A DNA stretch of 64,000 nucleotides, from contig JAYQLI010000035.1 in the NCBI GenBank assembly GCA_038143065.1, positions 2,528,894 through 2,592,893 of the forward strand, given 5' to 3'. Made by a program: the position numbers and the translations under genes. This document shows, piece by piece, positions 57,101-64,000 of the stretch. The stretch comes from Rhodospirillales bacterium (GTDB lineage: Bacteria; Pseudomonadota; Alphaproteobacteria; Bin95). Position 1 is the stretch's first letter, and the number at the start of each line of letters is the position of its first letter. The notes below the pieces were generated by a model. The model was not told the origin of the DNA and searched no databases. It saw nothing but the letters and a program-made list of their open reading frames with translations.

Positions 57101-60100
57101 TACTCTGCAGGAGCCCTAACACCTGGTGTAAGTGGTGTTTCTTCTTCAGCTCTAACGCGACCTGCTCGGCGTTCAAGGGGAGCAACCACTAGCCCCATCA
57201 AAGGTGGCACAACAGCGAGAGTCATCACTGATGAAAGACCTAGCCCACCTATGACAACAGCACCAAGACCACGATAAAGTTCGGAGCCTGCACCTGGGGC
57301 TAAAACAAGTGGTAACATTCCAATAACACTGGTCAGAGTGGACATAAATATTGGGCGAATGCGATTCCTAGTTGCTTCTACTATGGCGTCTCCAGGCTGC
57401 ATCCCGTCTTCTCGAATGTGCTGAAGCGTCTGATCGACCAGCAAGATGGCGTTATTCACTACAACGCCGATCAAGATAACAAAGCCTAACACGGTCAACA
57501 TATCCAAGTTTTGAAGCGTCCAGATATTCATTAGTCCCAGCGCCAACACAGCACCTGCAGTCGCAAGAGGAACTGAAAAGAGGATCACAAGAGGATAAAT
57601 GAAGCTCTCAAACTGCACAGCCATCACTAAAAACACAATCACGAGAGCAATTAGTAGGTCGTACGAAAGCTCAGTCTTTGTCTTGCCCAGTTCATCTGCT
57701 GTTCCGGCTAAACGGAAGTGGACGCCCTCAGGCAGACCAGCTTTAGCAATTGGGTCAAGTACCTCCGTTTGTACCTTTGCCATTGCTTCTTCTAAAGGCA
57801 TTGCATCCGCGGGAGTAAGCGCAAGTGTTACTGTTCTGAGACGTTCCTTATGACGAACTTGAACAGGGCCTGTTGTCATTACAACATCTGCAAGACTGGA
57901 AGCAGGTACGATAATTCCGGATTTAGATACGACGGGCAGAGATTCGATATCTTGTGTTGACGTAACTGCCCCTTCGCGACCTTTAAGAACCATATTCAGC
58001 CGCTCTGATCCTATTGTTGCTTCGGTGACCCGGAGACCGTCATTATATGCATCAAGGGTTAAGCCGAGTTCTCTAGCAGATACTCCGTTATCTGCTAGCT
58101 TTATTCGGTCTGGATAAACACGCACCTCAGGAGAACCTAATTCAAGACTTGGTAAAGGGCGCACTTGATGTCCGTCCTGCCTTGGAAATACAGACGCCAG
58201 TCGGCGGTCTACAAGGTTTGCTACTTCGATAGCGTCTTCTAGATTTACGCCTGTAACATCAACATCAATCACTCGCGCTCCACCAATCCCACGTCCAAAA
58301 ACACTGGCGAGACGGAAAAAGGCCCGAATATCTGGATGGTTTCCTACCTCTCGCATCAGAGGACGCTGCAGCATCTTTACTTTTGCGGGATCCACAGAAC
58401 GTGCCAAAACGATGACACGTTCACCGAGCGCTACGTAATAAAAATCGCTCATTTTTGGTAAGCCGTCGGAACTCGGTTCCGGACCCGTTTCTGATGCCCA
58501 ACGCTTGCGGGTAGCATCTTCAAATTTCAGCGCGATGTTGGTGCTTGTTTCTAAATTGTAGCCTGCGGGAGGCGTAATGAAACCTAGTATCAGGTTTTTG
58601 TTACCTTCAGGTAGGTAGTCCAACCTAGGTAAGAACAGAACAGTGCCAGTTATTGCCACTGCAGTGATGGAACCGACCCACAACAACGCAAAGCTTCGGA
58701 ACCTGACAGCGGTCCTGGCGAGCTTAATAAATGATGCTGAAAATATTCTTCCAAAGGCATCTAGCGGTGGGATGCGAACTCGGTTTCCTTCCGCACTTAC
58801 ATCCTTAATTAGCAATCTTTTGCCAAGGGCTGGGATTACAGTGATAGCAACAAGGAGGGAAAGGAGTACTGAAACAGAAATCGCTACGGCGATGTCTCTA
58901 AAAAGTTGGCCAACTTCTAAATCCGTCACCAGAACTGGAATGAAGACTACTACGGTAGTTAGAGCAGAAACAAAGATAGCGCCCCAAACCTGCCGAGCGC
59001 CTTTGAAGGCCGCCTCACGTGCGCTTAGTCCTCTTTCACGATGTCTATAAATATTTTCAAGCACGACGATAGCTGCATCTACCACCATACCAACAGCAAA
59101 TGCGATGCCTGCTAAAGATATCACGTTTATAGAGCGCCCAAGCGCTGCCATAGCTACAAAAGAGCCAATTACGGATACAGGGATAGCGATCGCAACTATT
59201 ACTGTTGGTCTCCATGAGCGAAGAAACAACAGAAGTACCATAGAGGCTAATAAGCCACCGATGATTATGTTGGATTGCACCAGATCAATGGCTGACTCGA
59301 TATAAACTGTCTCATCATATACCTGTTTGATGGTCAGGCCGTTCTGCTTAAGCACTGTATCATTTAGATCGGCGGTTGCCTCTCTTAAGCCTTCCATCAC
59401 TTTGATGACATTAGCCCCGGTTTCACGTACAGCATTTACAGCAATACCTGGAGCGCCATTTCTTCTAATCCGAGCTGTGGGTTCGGAATAACCAAATTCA
59501 ACCTTGGCGATGTCTCGAACGGTTACACGCGAAACAGCTCCGGTAGATCTGTCAACTTCAGATCTCAAAACAACGTCTTCTACCGCTGAAGGGCGATCTA
59601 AGTTGCCCTCCATGCGCGTTACATAGCTTCGTTTCCCTTCGTCTAACTCTCCTGCTGAGAAGGAGGCATGCTCTGTGCGAATACGATTTACAACTTCACT
59701 GATCGTGAGGCGGTATTGCGCAAGTTTTTCAGGATCTATGATTATTTGGAGTTCACGACTTCCGCCACCATAAAGATTGGTTAAAGCAACTCCAGGCACA
59801 CGTTCAAATCGGTCTTGGACGAAATCTTCTACAAAGTCTCGATAGGTGTGGATTGGTCTTTCATTTCCTGGAAGGCGCTGGATGGAGAACCATGCAATGG
59901 CATTGTCATCAGAACTAGCAGTCTTAAGCGTAGGTTCATCGGCTTCTTCTGGGTAACCGTTAACGCGATCAAGTCGATTTGCCACTAATAAAAGTGACTT
60001 ATCCATGTCTGTGCCAACTGCGAATGTGAGTTTTACGCGAGCTCGTCCAGTGCTTGACTGACTTTCCATATTCTCGAGATTTTCAACACCTCTTAGGACT

Positions 60101-60306
60101 TCTTCCTGACGATTTACTATTTCCCGCTCCACCTCGGCGGGGGCAGCTCCGGGCCATAAGGTTTGGACAGTAACTTGAGGTTTATTGACCTCAGGAATTA
60201 GCTGGATTGGGATTGTCGTTAGAGCAAGCCCCCCAAAGAGGACGATCATCAGAACAGCTGAAACAGTGGCGACAGGCCGTTCGATCGCAGCACGGATTAG
60301 GTTCAT
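57100..60306 (-). CDS. RND efflux transporter permease (AcrB family)
   Basis: 1068 aa; GMVVDAAIVVLENI, GVVVNNAILLVD, RIRPIFMSTLT. Confidence 0.93.
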   Translation of the reverse strand: MNLIRAAIERPVATVSAVLMIVLFGGLALTTIPIQLIPEVNKPQVTVQTLWPGAAPAEVEREIVNRQEEVLRGVENLENMESQSSTGRARVKLTFAVGTDMDKSLLLVANRLDRVNGYPEEADEPTLKTASSDDNAIAWFSIQRLPGNERPIHTYRDFVEDFVQDRFERVPGVALTNLYGGGSRELQIIIDPEKLAQYRLTISEVVNRIRTEHASFSAGELDEGKRSYVTRMEGNLDRPSAVEDVVLRSEVDRSTGAVSRVTVRDIAKVEFGYSEPTARIRRNGAPGIAVNAVRETGANVIKVMEGLREATADLNDTVLKQNGLTIKQVYDETVYIESAIDLVQSNIIIGGLLASMVLLLFLRSWRPTVIVAIAIPVSVIGSFVAMAALGRSINVISLAGIAFAVGMVVDAAIVVLENIYRHRERGLSAREAAFKGARQVWGAIFVSALTTVVVFIPVLVTDLEVGQLFRDIAVAISVSVLLSLLVAITVIPALGKRLLIKDVSAEGNRVRIPPLDAFGRIFSASFIKLARTAVRFRSFALLWVGSITAVAITGTVLFLPRLDYLPEGNKNLILGFITPPAGYNLETSTNIALKFEDATRKRWASETGPEPSSDGLPKMSDFYYVALGERVIVLARSVDPAKVKMLQRPLMREVGNHPDIRAFFRLASVFGRGIGGARVIDVDVTGVNLEDAIEVANLVDRRLASVFPRQDGHQVRPLPSLELGSPEVRVYPDRIKLADNGVSARELGLTLDAYNDGLRVTEATIGSERLNMVLKGREGAVTSTQDIESLPVVSKSGIIVPASSLADVVMTTGPVQVRHKERLRTVTLALTPADAMPLEEAMAKVQTEVLDPIAKAGLPEGVHFRLAGTADELGKTKTELSYDLLIALVIVFLVMAVQFESFIYPLVILFSVPLATAGAVLALGLMNIWTLQNLDMLTVLGFVILIGVVVNNAILLVDQTLQHIREDGMQPGDAIVEATRNRIRPIFMSTLTSVIGMLPLVLAPGAGSELYRGLGAVVIGGLGLSSVMTLAVVPPLMGLVVAPLERRAGRVRAEEETPLTPGVRAPAE

Positions 60307-61478
60307 CGTTTGAACATTCCTGTAGGCTGGTTGCCAACGAGTTTGAATGCTTGATTGGGGCGAAGCGTTTCATTGCCTCGGATTACTGCTATATCGCCAG
60401 GCGAGGCTCCTTCCTTCAATATAAAACGACGTCCAACGGCAGACCCTAAGTCGACTGGCTTGATTTCGGCTTTGAATAGCCCCTCTTGTTCTTGGTCGGG
60501 CTTGGCAAAGACTGCAACTGCGCCTGCAGGTCGACGGATTATCGCATCCTTGTGGATCGTGACGACCGACTCAGGGGCGGCTACTGGTATATGGATTGTT
60601 ACCGCAGCATTTGCGATGGCTAACTTTTTCAACTCTGCAGGTAGCGGTCCAAAGCGCACAGTGCGAGTCCGGGATACGCCGGTTTCGCGAGGCAATACAG
60701 CCCTGACTTTTATTGAACTTGAGGCGGCGCCCAAAATGACAGAGGCAGTAGCACCGGGTTGTACTCCACCCATGCGGTCTGTTGGAGCCTCTGCTTCAAT
60801 CTCAAGTGCCTTGTCCCCAATCAGTGTAACAATAGGAGCGCCCAGCCCTACAAATCCGCCAATCTCGACGTGCCTTTCAGCTACAACGCCGGGGTAGGGT
60901 GCTTTAACTTGACTATAATCTAAATCAACCTGGGCTAATTTTAGCTCCGCAAGAGCGCGGGCATTGTCTGCTTCGACCTCTTTTCCCTGCGCTGCTGCTC
61001 TCTCGACCTCCCGTTGTTTATCTGCAAGTAAAGCCTCAGAAAAGGCAGCTGAGTTACGCAGTCGCTCTAGGCGTTTTAATGACTGTTCCGCGAGCTTTAG
61101 AGAGGCCTGAGCTGTTTTAATGCGGGCGTTGGTGAGTTCTAATAACGCCTTCCGACGCTGAACCTCTGCTGACAATCGATCAGTGGCTAGCTCGGTAATA
61201 ATTTGCCCAGCTTTAACTCTGTCTCCCACTTCGACTAAAACATTATCAATGGCACCAGCAACACGGGTAGCTATGGGTCCACTCTGCGTCGATACAAAGC
61301 GCCCTACGATCGCCGTCGTTTCGCTAGCTATTTCTTGCCGTATTTGGTCTCCAACGAGGGTTGGAGGAGGGCGGTTTCCACGTTGCTGCGCGATTGTGGG
61401 CGCAATAGATAAGGAGAACGTTATAACTGCTAATAAGCAGGTAATTAGATAACGCATTGAGGGTATCCGACTGAGCAC
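60303..61478 (-). CDS. RND periplasmic adaptor (AcrA/MFP family)
   Basis: Lipoyl halves VEVGDRVKAGQ and VKAPYPGVV flank a coiled coil; stop overlaps the permease start. Confidence 0.9.
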   Translation of the reverse strand: MLSRIPSMRYLITCLLAVITFSLSIAPTIAQQRGNRPPPTLVGDQIRQEIASETTAIVGRFVSTQSGPIATRVAGAIDNVLVEVGDRVKAGQIITELATDRLSAEVQRRKALLELTNARIKTAQASLKLAEQSLKRLERLRNSAAFSEALLADKQREVERAAAQGKEVEADNARALAELKLAQVDLDYSQVKAPYPGVVAERHVEIGGFVGLGAPIVTLIGDKALEIEAEAPTDRMGGVQPGATASVILGAASSSIKVRAVLPRETGVSRTRTVRFGPLPAELKKLAIANAAVTIHIPVAAPESVVTIHKDAIIRRPAGAVAVFAKPDQEQEGLFKAEIKPVDLGSAVGRRFILKEGASPGDIAVIRGNETLRPNQAFKLVGNQPTGMFKR

Positions 61479-61568
61479 CCGACCTTCGGATGCGATGACC
61501 CAGAAATTAGGGCAAAGTGAAGCTTCCGTCTATCAGTTTCAAACGCTTTTTTGATAGCGTCGAAGATA

Positions 61569-62750
61569 TCAATCGATCCGCTGTACCTGTTTTATAATTC
61601 GAGCTTCAGGAAATCCCCAAGTTGGGAAGTATGCGTGTTGTGGAATTGCCGCGTTTGCTCCTGCAACTACAAGAACAATATGATCTGGTGTTTCTACAGC
61701 AGGCGGTCCATTCCCTGCTTCAAGGGCTTCCATTGCCCAATCTGCTATCCCCGTTCGTGGTTGCAGATCCTTAATAATCCAGCTGCGATTATATTCTTCT
61801 GGATCGGCATGAGATAGTTGCCAGAGGTGTTTTCTAACATCCTGCTCCGTCCAACCATCTTGGGCTAATTTCTGAGCAATAAATGGAGCAATTGCTACGG
61901 CACATGTTCCTCCATGAAGGCGACTGAAGGCCGACAAAGAAGAACGCAGCAAACTAGCTAAGTCGTCTATTCTACCTGTGCACGTAACGGTTGCTTCGGC
62001 TCGTAGAACCATTAGTATCGTGTCATTCTTGGAATAACCAAGCCGTTCCCGCAAGCTTGGCCAAGGAGAATCGGTTTCATTTTCGGGCAGAACAAGCGAT
62101 AGTCGACCCGGTTGGCCAAGGCCAGCCAAGTTTGTGGTCCCTGGCCACCCTCCTCCAATGTTCTGAATGGCGAGCCGAAGAGCTCGACCGATAACCATAT
62201 TTCCTCGCCAGCCAGGCCCCAAAGCACCTACACCTCCATGAAGATCTAAGCGCTCTAACTCCGGACCTGAAAGTAAGAGAAGTGGCGTCACATTCTCGTC
62301 GGTCGTTTGAACGCCACGAAGGTTAAAAGAAGGCTCGAGAACCGCTTCCAGTGCCGCAATGACAAAACAGAAGTGTTTTGGGTCACAGCCAGCCATTACC
62401 GCATTGGCAGCCGCTTTTTCCATCGTAACCTGTCCGAAGAGAGGTTCAGCCTCTCCAATGTGTTTGTCCCCACTCTGTTTTGCATGGCGCAGAAAAGTTC
62501 TGACGCGAGATCTGGTGGGTAGGATGATAGGTAAGCCGTCTGTCCAACCGCGCCGGTAGTACAACTCTTTCAACTGATCAACAGTTAAGCCGCGAACTAC
62601 TTCTATTCGTTCCCTGGAAAAGTTAGTGGCCTCAGCATAACGCCATAGAAGCCCATTTTCTGTAGCTCTTTCAGCAAGTACGTCGGTGATCCAACTGCTA
62701 TCTGCGCGTTGGCCAACGGGAGTTACTAGCCAGGTTGTGTCTTCGGCCAT
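61569..62750 (-). CDS. Conserved uncharacterized protein (GWTDGLP...AVMAGC family)
   Basis: Intact 393-aa ORF; GWTDGLPIILPT, AANAVMAGCDP, VQTT, IGRALRL...GG, GQPG, ENETDSPW. Confidence 0.7.
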   Translation of the reverse strand: MAEDTTWLVTPVGQRADSSWITDVLAERATENGLLWRYAEATNFSRERIEVVRGLTVDQLKELYYRRGWTDGLPIILPTRSRVRTFLRHAKQSGDKHIGEAEPLFGQVTMEKAAANAVMAGCDPKHFCFVIAALEAVLEPSFNLRGVQTTDENVTPLLLLSGPELERLDLHGGVGALGPGWRGNMVIGRALRLAIQNIGGGWPGTTNLAGLGQPGRLSLVLPENETDSPWPSLRERLGYSKNDTILMVLRAEATVTCTGRIDDLASLLRSSLSAFSRLHGGTCAVAIAPFIAQKLAQDGWTEQDVRKHLWQLSHADPEEYNRSWIIKDLQPRTGIADWAMEALEAGNGPPAVETPDHIVLVVAGANAAIPQHAYFPTWGFPEARIIKQVQRID

Positions 62751-62839
62751 TTACGCATCCTTAAAAATATTTTTACACGGTCTGGAGGCATCACCAAAAA
62801 GTTTGCAATATTTGTGCTCATCTTGCAGGAGGCACTCCC

Positions 62840-64000
62840 ATGCCAGACATACGTCGATCTACATTAGACTATTCTAGCATGGTCAATGATCGGACAGCTG
62901 AGGGTAATTTTAGCATCAATCGGTCCATTTATGATGACCCAGGCATTTTTGAAGACGAGATATCCCTAATATTCGAGAAGACGTGGATTTATGTTGCCCA
63001 CGAAAGTCAAATACCAAAGCAGGGAGATTATCTCTGGACAGAAATTGGGCGCCAACCCGTAATAATTAACCGTCTGGATAATGGCCAAATTGGTGGTCTT
63101 ATTAACGCTTGTTCTCATAGGGGAGCGCTTCTTACACCAACCCGACAAGGCAACGCTCGTGTTTTTGTTTGCCGGTACCACGGTTGGACTTTCAAGTCTG
63201 ATGGTGATTGCATTCGCATTAAGGATGAAGAGATAGGCTATCCTAATGGTGTTGATAAATCGTGCTTTAGTCTTACGAGACTGCCACGAGTTGAGAATTA
63301 CAGAGGGTTTATTTTTGCAAGTCTTAACGCAGAAGTGCCTCCGCTCTCAGAGCATTTAGGTAATACCAAACCTTTCATTGATATGATGGCAGACCAATCG
63401 CCTGATGGATTAGAGGTACTGCCAGGGTCTTCAACATACATTGTTGAATGTAATTGGAAGCTGCAAATAGAGAACGGTGTCGACGGCTATCATGTAGGAG
63501 TTGTGCATCGTAATTTTGCACAAACAGTTAGACGTAGAAATGAATTGAATAACGCTTCCGGAATGAAATTGACAGAAAATGCTCGTTTTGACTCGGGTAA
63601 TGTTGAAACTGGATGTTATGACTTAGGTCGTGGACATAACGTTATTTGGTCGGATCGAGGAGCTCCCGAAGCTGCGCCATTATACGAAGCGAGGGATATA
63701 CTGCTTCCAACAGTTGGTGAGGAAAAATGGAATTGGATGGTGGGGCGTGGACGTAATCTGCTTATCTATCCATACGTATTTCTAATGGACCAGTCATCAA
63801 CACAAATCAGAATTATCCGACCTTTGGGTCCCAGCAGAACGGAAATACAAGTATTTTGTATAGCGCCTAAAGGTGAGAGTTTCGAAGCTCGACGAGCCCG
63901 GCTGGACAAATTCCGGGATTTCTTTTTGACAAGTGGACTTGCTACCCCTGATGACTCCGTTGCGCTAGAGGACACTCAGATTGGTGTTGGCGGCAAGCTC
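62840..64000 (+). CDS. Rieske aromatic ring-hydroxylating dioxygenase alpha subunit (BenA/AntA-like), runs off the window end
   Basis: AGGAGG RBS; manual translation gives the Rieske motif CSHRG...CRYHGW and the iron site NWKLQIENGVDGYHVGVVH. Confidence 0.9.
   Translation, partial: MPDIRRSTLDYSSMVNDRTAEGNFSINRSIYDDPGIFEDEISLIFEKTWIYVAHESQIPKQGDYLWTEIGRQPVIINRLDNGQIGGLINACSHRGALLTPTRQGNARVFVCRYHGWTFKSDGDCIRIKDEEIGYPNGVDKSCFSLTRLPRVENYRGFIFASLNAEVPPLSEHLGNTKPFIDMMADQSPDGLEVLPGSSTYIVECNWKLQIENGVDGYHVGVVHRNFAQTVRRRNELNNASGMKLTENARFDSGNVETGCYDLGRGHNVIWSDRGAPEAAPLYEARDILLPTVGEEKWNWMVGRGRNLLIYPYVFLMDQSSTQIRIIRPLGPSRTEIQVFCIAPKGESFEARRARLDKFRDFFLTSGLATPDDSVALEDTQIGVGGKL

Noticed and set aside
62751-62839. 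UGA-recoded selenoprotein partner upstream of 61569..62750
   Set aside because: Only 89 nt separate the divergent genes, which leaves no room for one.

Overview
A 64-kb chromosomal window from an alphaproteobacterium, probably Rhodospirillales-like and marine (inferred from gcrA, the argD-argF-hslO operon and the porin/OmpA types). Many genes, including housekeeping ones, are split by 1-nt indels, which suggests an unpolished long-read assembly. Layout: (i) 0.3-23 kb, a dense oxidative catabolic cluster with 2 GMC oxidoreductases, 2 Baeyer-Villiger monooxygenases, 2 MBL hydrolases, 2 MFS transporters, 2OG-Fe(II) dioxygenases, a CoA-transferase, an orphan CoxL-like molybdoenzyme, a thiolase-like protein, an acyl-CoA dehydrogenase and a CoA ligase. 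(ii) 23-42.7 kb, core genes (recX, argD, argF, hslO, uppP, modA, cysQ, gcrA, ilvE, pccB). (iii) tRNA-Phe followed by a ~5.8-kb att-bounded island. Its integrase is truncated by a 5,248-bp transposase-free cassette flanked by 110-bp inverted repeats (109/110 identical, TGT...ACA). The cassette carries a class III adenylate cyclase, a Tat-exported flavin amine oxidase and a porin with a sigma54 promoter and NtrC-like boxes. (iv) 49-64 kb, a tfdA-like dioxygenase, OmpA, the F420 genes cofE-cofD, an RND pump and a BenA/AntA-like Rieske dioxygenase. The nested island/inverted-repeat cassette is the most unusual element.
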